Assembly (NCBI RefSeq): GCF_964204645.1
Contig: NC_134028.1
Location: 17,057,653 to 17,121,652, forward strand
DNA from: Tubulanus polymorphus
Lineage: Eukaryota; Animalia; Nemertea
Direction: 5' to 3'
Length of the DNA: 64,000 bases
Made by a program: the position numbers and the translations under genes. Positions 13,824 to 23,425 of this stretch are shown one piece after another. The notes beneath the pieces are model-generated. The model saw nothing but the letters and a program-made list of their open reading frames with translations, was not told the origin of the DNA and ran no database searches. Within the stretch, counting starts at the first letter, position 1. Every line of letters starts with the position of its first letter.

Positions 13824-16014
13824 CGTCTTTTAGAATAAGAGACCTATTGCATTAATCCTTCAATTCAAGTTGCTATACAACCTTTTATACAGATATTTAC
13901 CTTATCAATATAAACATGTATTTGCCATTAGCCATACAATTCAGTAAAACTTTTCCCGTCCAGATTTTGAAACATCATTTGACTCAATTTTTCCTCCTAG
14001 AAAATTGCTTTAGCTCATTCCAATGTTCGCAGTAAAAGTGAATGTAGCATGTATGATTCCCATCCATCAATTTTGTCTTGTTTCGTATTTTTAGCGAAAA
14101 TCTCGAAAAAGTCTGACGTCGAGGCAGGTGGTGGCCAGACAAAGACATATTCTTGGGAAATATTTAAAGACGCATGGCAAACACACTTATTGTTAAATTT
14201 TTTCCTATCCTTATTTTGAAATTGAAGTATTGTAATAAACTATTGATTTATTTTTGTTGATCAACGCAACTAGTTTTGTTGTTTTCTTTCTTAATTTACA
14301 TTTGAATTGGATGGTTATCTTGCGTAGGAGTCAGTTTGTCATCGAAGCAATACAGTCCAACTTGTTGACGTCTCAGATGCAGCGGGGCAGGGCGGTCATT
14401 ATATTGTGGACTTATACAAATTACACTTACACAGCCCAACGTGTTTCAGTGTGTAAACTCCGTCGTACTCCGCATTATAAGACAGCGAGGAATTGAGTTT
14501 TAGTCACCTGAGCCCTCGGCTTGATTCGACCAAAAAGATCTTAACTGACTTCACAGAATTTGATTATGAGTCAAGGATTTTCTAAATTTCTGAATGCTTT
14601 CTCTGGTTTTAAGATCAATTCAAATTCAATCTTCAAAATATTTTATTGAAAGAAATTTTACTGAAGACAGATTTTGAAATGAAGGATATATCCAGGCAAA
14701 TAATTATAGCAAAATCAACTGATGATCATCAAGGTGAAGTTTTCATTCATCTTCGGCTAATTTGTCTACCCCTGATGATTGAAGCATTTTGGTTACTCGC
14801 GCCAATTAGTCAGCCACAGTCGATTTTCATGCCATCTGACCTCTTTCCATCTGTAATTAAGCAATCAAATGTAAGAATTACTTAGGTAAGGAGCGAAATA
14901 ATATATAGATATCTTAGGAGACTATTTGAAATCATGAGTTTGTTGTGAAAATCTATTACTACAGTCTCGTAGAGCATAGACACCAAGCCACGTGGCATTG
15001 GTATTTTAAGGGATATTCAGTTTACTCCAAAACAAGTCAATGATTAACATTAAAAAGGCTTCATATCAAGGGTATGTCGCAGGACTCGTGACGCCCATGA
15101 ATTATCATCCCATAATTACAATGAATCCAATTCTGCATGTACGTTAGCACGACTGATTACTAATCCAAATATTGCATTACAAAAAAAAAAATTACGCAAA
15201 ACGTCAAGTACTTACAGCATCTGAGACAGTTGCGCTTAAGTTAGCGTGTTAAGTTACGTCTTTGGCTGTCAATGTCGAAAAAGCCTAATTAGAAACATAC
15301 ATTTGCGCACTGTGGTTTAATATTCCTGCAAGAATCCGCAAAGGAATTGAAGACCGTAGTGCCCAGTTCATTCCACGAATAATAGCTGGAAAGAAAGTAA
15401 TCAAAATAAATTGTCATGCACATTCAGTGTAAACCAGGCCATAACTAGCTGCTATTAAGGCATTCCACTGACTGGCTCTACCCATTATATTTAGGGCCTA
15501 AATCTATTCTAGGCGCATCCCCCCCCAAAAAGCTAGGCATTAAGTAAGTAGCCAACAATGATCATTGCTTCACCGAGTAGGCCTACTCATTTGCTACCAT
15601 ACTCATATTATTAAAGAAATCATTTAATACATTCCCTGGTTAACGGATTCTCACCTTAAAATACATCATAGAACTATAACGGAATATCCGTTATAGATAC
15701 ATAAAGTCCGCTGTCGTTGTCATCGATACGAGTCGTCAACTGAACGCGGAAGTAAAATTCCGTGTGAAAATTCCTACAATTTCTGTCCATATCACGTTGA
15801 TTTGACCCCGAAATCTTCAGGAAATGTAGCCAACGTAAATTGATTTACGAATAGAATTAATCAATTGACTCATTTTAGAAATCATGGTTTCATGAAGTTC
15901 ATTAAAGTCCTAAAACTCGCGATAAATTTAAGCCGGAAATAATTTCAACCATCCACCATGTTGTTTCATTAATAAAACAATTGTTGCGCGCCGGCGCTGC
16001 ACTGTGATAATGCA

Positions 16015-16087
16015 TGGTTTCACTAGGATTCGAACCCTCGACCTCTCAGTTTGGAGTCAAACACCTTATCCACCATGCCACAGGACA
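16015..16087 (-). pseudogene. tRNA-derived sequence (tRNA pseudogene or SINE head)
   Basis: Minus strand GTCCTGTGGCATGGTGGATAAGGTGTTTGACTCCAAACTGAGAGGTCGAGGGTTCGAATCCTAGTGAAACCA has A and B boxes and a T-arm, but broken acceptor and anticodon stems. Confidence 0.55.
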
Positions 16088-16443
16088 GGACGCTGTTTTT
16101 ATCATTAGTGGGAGTACCATACAGGGCGAGTCGCGATTGCTACTATCATCCGGTGTTATCTTTCAGTAAGTAATTTTAAGTTTAAAATAGGACGGAGAGT
16201 GCATATGTATAATCTACGCGGAGCGAATGCGTGTTATATTACTATCAGAATTCTACATTTCAATTAGAAGCAGTTAGTTGTCGAATCTGATAGATGAATT
16301 TTATGTGCGAAAAAAGTGGAAAATATGTAAATAATAATAATAACAATCAACAGAATTACAAAAGGGTTTTCGACGAAAGTCAGAAAACCCTAATGATAGC
16401 GCGAATTTCAATAGGGTTTTCTGTAAAGAAACAGAAAACCCTC

Positions 16444-19400
16444 ATTAAAAAAGTTCATCAAAGTGCTGCTGCTTATGGAATTTACATAAAATCAAATTAT
16501 CCTGAATTATATGAAAGTCAATATATTTCTTTTAGAGGTGAAGATGTAGTTAATGATTTTTGTAACAAAATAATTGAAATAGAAAGTGATTTTGCAAGAT
16601 TATTAATCAAAAATAAAAGAATAGTTATGACAAAAGAAGATGAAATTGATTTTAATTATGCAACTCATTGTTGTTACTGTGAAAAACGTTTTTATTCATT
16701 TGATAAAAAAGTTAGAGATCATGATCCTTTAAATTCAAAATATCGTGGAGCTGCTCATGAAGATTGTAATTTACAAGCTAAGAAAGTTAATTTTGTACTC
16801 ATATCATTTCATAATTTATCGGGCTTTGATACCCATCTATTTATAAAACAATTATCAGGAAATTTGGGGGCAATTAATCAAGAAATAGAAGAATATAATG
16901 CTATGAATGGTGCAAATGTAAGAAAATATGATTTTAAACTATTAGCTAAGACATCTGAAAATTATATTTCATTTCAATTTGGTTGCATTAGATTTTTAGA
17001 TTCTTATAGATTTCTAGCAAGTTCATTAGATAATTTAGCAAAAAGTTTAGTTGATAATGATTTTATAATTACTCAACATTATTATCAAAATGAACAAGAT
17101 TTTAAATTATTGAGATTTAAAGGCGCAATTCCTTATTCATTTTATAGAACACATGATGTTTTTTATGTAACAGAATTACTAAAAGAACAATTTTATGATC
17201 AATTAAAAGAGGAGTATGTGAATGATGAAGTTTTTAATAGAACATTAAATATTTGGAACCATTTTAAGATAGAAAATCATGGTGAATTAGTTGATCTTTA
17301 CTTGAAATCAGATGTTATGATATTGGCTGACATATTTGAAAAATTTAGAGAAGTTAATTTAAATCATTTTAATGTTGATCCTTGTTATTGTTATTCAAGT
17401 CCTGGTTTAACCTGGCAATGTGGTTTAAAATATACCAACGTAGAATTAGATTTATTTAAAGAACCAGACATGGTTTTATTATTTGAAAAATCAATTAGAG
17501 GTGGAATTAGTGGTGTTATGGGAGATAGACATTTTAAAGCAAATGATGAATATAAATTATTATATATTGACGCCAATAATTTATATGGTTGGGCAATGAT
17601 GCAACCTCAACCATACAAAAATTTTATATTAACAGACGTTGAAAATGATGATAAAACTAATTGGGAAAGTGCAATTATGAGTTTAGAAGATGAAGCATCA
17701 ATTGGTTATTTCTTTGTAGTTGATTTAGAATATCCTGATAACATAAAGTTTAAAACAAGAAACTTACCTTATTGCCCAGAACATTCAACGTAGCTGATAG
17801 TTATTTAAGTGAATACCAGAAAAAAATAAAACCGGAAGATCATGTTTTTACAGAAGAATTGATATTAACACAAAATAATAAATATAATTATATTGCTCAT
17901 TATAGAATGTTAAAATTTTATCTAAAACAAGGAATGAAATGAAAGAAAGTACATAGATATATTGAATTTAATCAATCGAAGTGGTTAGAAAAATATATAG
18001 ATTTCAATACTCAACAGAGAACCATATCGAAAACAGATTTTGAAAAAGATTTCTTCAAATTAATGAATAATAGTTTTTATGGTAAAACATGTGAAAATAT
18101 TAGAAATAGAAATCATATTGAATTAGTAAATAATTCTGAACGATTAACACATTTACAATCGAGCCCTAGACAGTAAGGAAATAAAAGATTTGAAGCAGTA
18201 AAATTAAAAAGAACGTCAATGAAATTTAATAAACCCATATTCATTGGTTCGACTGTTTTAGAAATATCAATATTATTAATGTATGATTTTTATTATAATG
18301 TTTTACAACCACTTTTTGGGGAAAAACATATAGAAATCTTATATTTTGATTCTGTAACAGCTGACACCCCAATATTATTAAAATGCAATGATAAAATATT
18401 GATAAGAAGAATTTCAGAAATAATTCCAAAACAAAATGTACGTTATATTTCATATGGTGAAAAAGAATTAATACAAATAAATGGATTTATGGATGTATGG
18501 ACAAGAAATGGATGGAAAAAATTAAAGAATATAATTAGGCATAAAACAAATAAGAAAATCTATAGAGTTAGAACTAAATTAGGGTTTGTAGATGTTACAG
18601 AAGATCATAGTTTAATTAAACGAAATGGTGATGAAATAAAACCAACTGATATAAAAATTGGAGATGAATCATTACATAAAAGATTTTTCCAAAGAATGAA
18701 TCATATGTCATTTGATGAAATAATTGATAATATTTATAATATAGAACCCGAAACATAAGAAGAAAAAGAATATTTTATAAATGGATTTTTCATGGGAGAT
18801 GGTTCAGCAGGTGTTGTATAATTATGTTTGGGGTAATAAATATTGTTGGTATTTATGTAATCAAGATTTGAAATTATTAGAAAGAATACAGAAATACTGT
18901 GAAGAAGTTTACCCAAATAAAACATTTAAAATCATAGATTTTATGAAATCATCAGCAGTTTATAGAATACATGTAAATAATACTAAAGATTTTGCAATTA
19001 AATATAATGATGAATTCTATATTCATGCAATAGTGAAAAGTAATACTTCAACTAAAGAAAAGATAGTTCCAAATTATGTATTAAATGCATAAGATAATTT
19101 AAGAAAATGATTCTTCATTGGACTCTATGCCGCAGATGGCTCAAAAAACTATACAAAACAGAAAACTATATCTTTGACACAAAAAGGAAAAGTTGCTATA
19201 TCCGGATTGAATATATTATGCAATTCATTAGGTTTTAATATGAATATTGGATTGATTAAATCTAAACCAAATTGCTTTAATTTAAGCCACACAGAAAAAG
19301 ATTTAACTGAAGAAGTTAGAGATTTATTTGAAATATATAACCCAACAGATTATGTTTATGATTTAGCAACTGATGATGAAACATTTAACTGTGGATTTCC

Positions 19401-19872
19401 ATTAATAGCAGTCAATACGGACGCGTACATTCTAAAAATCAAGACAAATGACATAACAAAAGACTTAAAAACATTAAAACATCATTTTGATTTTAGCAAT
19501 TATCCCAAAGATCATGAACTATTTAGCAATGATAATAAAAAGATTCCTGGTAAGTTTAAAGATGAATTAGGGGGTGATGAAATGATTGAATTTGTTGGGA
19601 TCAGAAGTAAAATGTATAGCTATAGAACAAAAGATCATGAACCTAAAAAGTTAAAAGGAATAACAAAACATGTGGTTGATAAACATATAGAATTTCAAGA
19701 TTATATAAAGTGTTTATATAATTCGATTGTAATGAAACATAAAATGAATTGTTTAAGATCAGAAGATCACGAGATGTACATTAATGAAGTTGAAAAAACT
19801 AGTTTAAATCCATTCGACGATAAAAGATTTTTTTTGGGTGATGGAATAAAAACATTGCCTTATGGTTATTAA
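16444..19872 (+). pseudogene. Protein-primed DNA polymerase B, main part (EndoVII-like insert, Exo II/III, Pol A/B/C), containing an intein
   Basis: CCYC..VRDHD..YRGAAHEDCNL; FHNLSGFD (Exo II); RFLDSYRF; LYLKSDVMILADIFEKFR (Exo III); IRGG; YIDANNLYGWAM (motif A); KLMNNSFYGK (motif B, about 18058); YFD|TDA (motif C); KIPGKFKDE; KMY; KGI; DDKR. Several stops and frameshifts between 17790 and 19110. Confidence 0.93.
18351..19416 (+). mobile_element. Intein with LAGLIDADG homing endonuclease (about 355 aa, decayed) in pPolB motif C
   Basis: Block A SVTADTPILL; block B VDVTEDHSL; endonuclease motifs INGFFMGDGS and FFIGLYAADGS; blocks F/G DYVYDLATDDETFNCGFPLIAVN followed by +1 Thr. Excision restores ILYFD-TDAY. 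Three in-frame stops and one +1 frameshift inside. Confidence 0.92.
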
Positions 19873-20165
19873 AACATGAAATCAAGATCATCATACTCGA
19901 AATCACTACTGGTTTCTTCATTTTTATTTAATTGTTTAGGTTCTTCCATTTCATTTTTCTCATTTAAATAGAGTTCTACATTGTACCACATTTCTCGCTT
20001 TCTTTGTTTCTTTTTGTTTGTTAATTCATCAAATGGAATTATAATATCGATGTTTAAAAGATTTACAATCTTATTTAAAAAGAATTCATAATTAATTGAA
20101 TCTGTTATTTTATTATCCACATAATATCTTAATATTTTTTTGAATGTTTCTTTTATATTTTCCAT
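19869..20165 (-). CDS. Hypothetical Polinton protein
   Basis: AT-rich ORF converging on pPolB with overlapping stop codons; acidic C-terminus. The true start may lie further upstream. Confidence 0.5.
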   Translation of the reverse strand: MENIKETFKKILRYYVDNKITDSINYEFFLNKIVNLLNIDIIIPFDELTNKKKQRKREMWYNVELYLNEKNEMEEPKQLNKNEETSSDFEYDDLDFMF

Positions 20166-20284
20166 ATCTTCTTCTGTTAATTTAGGTTTTTTTATAATAA
20201 TCGTTAAATAATAGATATAAATACATTTTCTTTTCTTGTGTGTTAAATGTTGATTGAATAATTGTTTTTATTATATCTTATTTA

Positions 20285-20690
20285 GTTATTTCACCATTTT
20301 TATTTTCTATCATTTTCATTTTTTCAAGCCATTGCTTATATTCTGGTGTATAATCTTCCATAGAAAATATTTTAAAAATTTCATCTAGATTTTTTTATTT
20401 TGGTTCTATAAGAATATCTCTAGTTTTTTCATCACCCCATAAATTCCTTTGCCATCCACATTCATTACAAAATATCACAGGACCTTCTTGTGGTAAGTCC
20501 CCGTAAATACATTGTGGGCATTTTTTTCTATCATATCTTGGTGTAATAAGTCTTCATTAAGTTCTTGGTATTTACTTACGTTTTCTTTATGTTTTATTGT
20601 TCTATTATGTAGATTTAAATTACTTGTTGTAATAATCAATTTACAATATTTACAATAATGTTGTATTAATGAAGTTTTTTTAATGTTGTT
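20285..20690 (-). pseudogene. Fragmented zinc-finger protein of the Polinton
   Basis: Minus strand encodes HYCKYCKLIITTSNLNLHNRTIKHKENV and KKCPQCIYGDLPQEGPVIFCNECGWQ in broken frames. Confidence 0.5.
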
Positions 20691-20697
20691 TTTCTTA

Positions 20698-21207
20698 CTA
20701 ATTCATTATATTGTTTTCTAGATTTTCAGCTGTTTCTTCATTATCTTGTAACGTTTTCTCATATTTCATTTTTTCTAATATAGCATTTTTTCTTTCATTG
20801 AATTCTGCTTCAAATTTATTAGAAATTTTATCTATATGTGCTTTACGAAATTGATGATTCTCCCAATCTTCTATATTTTCAGGGCTATATTTTGTTCGAC
20901 AAGGCTCACAGAAATTATCTTTTATATTATTCTTATCAAAGAATAAGAAAGGTCTTTTCCAAATAATTTCAGGTTCAGTTTCAACAGAATTACTATTACT
21001 TTCGTTACTATCAACATTAACCGTTGTGTCATTAATTTTACACTTCTCTGAATGTTTTTTAACATAATTTCTTGAGAATAATTTATTACAATTTGGGCAG
21101 TTTATTTTAGTGGGTTTATAATTTTTATCATGTTTTTTCATAGGTCGAGCCATATAACTTTTTCGTAGAAGTTCACCACAAATTTCACATGGTATCTTCT
21201 CATCCAT
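20698..21207 (-). CDS. C2H2-like zinc-finger protein of the Polinton
   Basis: 169 aa with CEICG..H, CPNCNK..H..KC and CEPC..H..H motifs; the start lies in an ATAAATG context. Confidence 0.7.
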   Translation of the reverse strand: MDEKIPCEICGELLRKSYMARPMKKHDKNYKPTKINCPNCNKLFSRNYVKKHSEKCKINDTTVNVDSNESNSNSVETEPEIIWKRPFLFFDKNNIKDNFCEPCRTKYSPENIEDWENHQFRKAHIDKISNKFEAEFNERKNAILEKMKYEKTLQDNEETAENLENNIMN

Positions 21208-21790
21208 TTATTTAGGAAAAATTGTATTAGAATTAATTTTTAGTGATGAGAGGTAATTTTTTTGTGCTATAAATAATGGTAGAATTAAAAGAATACAGAA
21301 TATTTGTTGATTCAAGAAGCTTACTAATTATAAATCGCATAATTTATTAGTACAATTAGATAGAGAATTAAGAATTGTGTAGATTTAAAATTAGTAAATA
21401 TAAGTTTATTTAATTCTTTTCATAATATATCGAATAAAAGTCTTGATCATTTAGTTTTTAAAATTCATGTTAGAAATTTGAATAAATGGTTTCATCTTTA
21501 TCTAAAACCAGGATTATATAATTTAGAAACATTAGCGCAGGAAATTAATAGAAGAGCTCGTTTAAAGGGTAACTGACACTTTTTCAAGAATTTTCTACTT
21601 TTGGAATAAAATGATTCATTATAGTATACTATTGAGATTGACAATTTGAAAGATCGGAAAAAATTTCAATTTATAATGATATTTGATGATTTTGATTTTC
21701 GCGCGCCTCGTTTTGTTTACATCGTTCCGGAAAAACACGTGTACTGCGGGCTATTTATAGAACTACGTCATTAAAGGCAGCGACTCAATA

Positions 21791-22746
21791 ATGGCGTCTA
21801 TAGAAATGAATAGAGAATCGGACAATGGGAGCGATTCATCTGAATTTAATGCCACTTCGGCATCAAATTCAGATGAATCGCTTAGTGATTTTGAATGGCA
21901 GGAAACAAGTGACGAAGAGGAATTAATGATCGGGCCGTATTTATACGAACCAGAGGCAGAACCGAAGCGAAACGGCGATGGACCCAGACCGGAGGCAGAG
22001 GGAGACGACGACGAAGGCCGAATAAACCGTTTGGAGCTGGATAATCTGAATCAGTGGTATGTTCATATAACAATTAACTTAAAAATATATATTTTAAGAT
22101 TCATTAAGCCGTAGATTTAATTATAGGTTTTTGAGCTTTGTTGGCGAAGTTGAGAGAATCTTATCATGTTCGTTTCAAAAGCTCAGTGCGATTCAACGTC
22201 GTTGTGCTGGCACTGCTGGACTATTCTTGCACTGCATTGCATCAGCATAGGCTTACAACAAGTAGATACCTATATCCATACCTTAAAAATATTTTTATGG
22301 ATAATCTTTTTAGGTGCCAATGTGGACACTGTCAGATCTTAGAGACGGAGCAAGAGTGTGTGTGCTGTATGGAGATTGATGTCGTGAAAAGAAGACTGGA
22401 ATGGGTTTGGGTTTGGGAGGAGTCCGGACAAAATGAAGAGACCTGCATGACGGACACAGCAGCTTTCGCTTCGATCTGTTTGAACCCTTGGGTCCTGCAG
22501 CTGATGTGGACCGAATTTAAACGGTAGTACGGACGGAAAAGTTTTGAAGGGCCAGCAAATGCGAAATTAAGACATGTAGCATACAGATCATTTGGTCGGT
22601 GGTGTTGGGGATATTTGGGCAAGGAGAATAGGAGAATTTTGCCTGCTTGTGTCGTTTCGTGCATCCGCGCACATTTCCCTGAGGACGGTTATGAGGAGGA
22701 CCATGTATATAAAGGATTTCGTAATGTGTCGATTGATGGACCATAA
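21791..22746 (+). pseudogene. KolX accessory protein (P2X7 C-terminal-like), 2 exons, one premature stop
   Basis: Exons 21791-22056 (PYLYEP..LNQW) and 22314-22746 (CQCGHC..ECVCCMEI..CMT..FASICLNPWVL..KR*YG..LRHVAYRSFGRWCWGYLGKENRRILPACVVSCIRAHFP..YKGF). TAG at 22525. Confidence 0.82.
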
Positions 22747-23425
22747 TGAATTAAAATAGAAGAATTCAACTTAAAAATTCTAACGATGTTTATATATTCT
22801 TCTTAACTTGTGCTTTTCTTACAGGTATTTTAATAAAACAATGACATCGCTTAGATATAAAATATAAATTTTATTGCATATTTATAATGTATAAAACGTT
22901 TTGCTTTCAATCCATTGAGTTCTAATTTAAACATCTGATCGCAATTAATTGTTCAAGTAAGGAGCAGTTTTGTTATGCTTAAGCAGATCAATAATTTTAT
23001 TTTCAGTTTCCTATCAATTTTCTACAGATCATTTATTGAGTGAACTGGTGTCTACAACTTTCACTTAGACTTGTAGTTTCACCATTAATCTTCCCATGCA
23101 AATGTAGATATTTTGTCTTTATCACCTGAAAAAGACATGAAAAATATTTTAGGTTGAATTATAAAACGAATACAAGATATATCATGATTCCTGATGTTGA
23201 AATAAAACGTACTCGGTATCTTTGAACTGCCAAATTTCAAATATATTTCTTCGTACATTATTTTTCGAATTAAATCATCACTTCGGGTCATCATTTTTTC
23301 CGCAGACCTAAAAAGAATGTATTTTTTAAGAAAATCAATATAATTGTCATGTTTTCATGTGCATGTATTACAATTTTAAATGAAATTATACCTTCAATAC
23401 AAATGTCAAGAGACTTACCATTCAA

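Larger units (their letters stand above)
9542..16393 (+). mobile_element. Non-autonomous Helentron-like element B nested in the AAT tract of element A
   Basis: 5' end aaatatagctgcaaagcagcgataacGGGTTTTCTG. 3' end is (AAT)n plus hairpin 16363-16391, the same as at 4056-4084. 9542-10804 recurs inverted at 29283-30573. Confidence 0.7.
5771..16443 (+). mobile_element. Non-autonomous Helentron-like element A (own sequence about 5771-9541 plus 16392-16443) inserted in pPolB
   Basis: 5' end aatatagctgccaagcagcgatgacGGGTTTTCTG. 3' hairpin AGGGTTTTCTG-taaagaaa-CAGAAAACCCT (16413-16442) contains the inverted copy of the 5' subTIR. No TSD; removing the block restores the pPolB frame. Confidence 0.7.

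Noticed and set aside
6994-14885. Short ORFs of 60-80 aa within the Helentron stack
   Set aside because: No recognisable motifs; consistent with chance ORFs in non-coding repeat DNA.
10947-15500. Possible additional TIR element starting at ttagggcgctattgcac
   Set aside because: I could not find a matching inverted end or TSD.
16015-16087. Functional tRNA-Trp(CCA)
   Set aside because: Acceptor and anticodon stems do not pair properly; kept only as a tRNA-derived remnant.
16294-16443. N-terminus of the 499-aa ORF (MNFMCEKSGKYVNNNNNN..) as the polymerase start
   Set aside because: It is read-through of Helentron 3' ends (AAT tract and hairpins); the true N-terminus is at 4410.
5103-19110. Alternative genetic code or programmed read-through (TGA at Trp positions 5103 and about 19108)
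   Set aside because: TAA/TAG stops and frameshifts occur throughout the same genes and TGG is used for Trp elsewhere; simple decay explains it.
21791-22746. Host P2X7 receptor gene
   Set aside because: Only the C-terminal-like domain is present, with no channel domain, and it lies between Kolobok TIRs.
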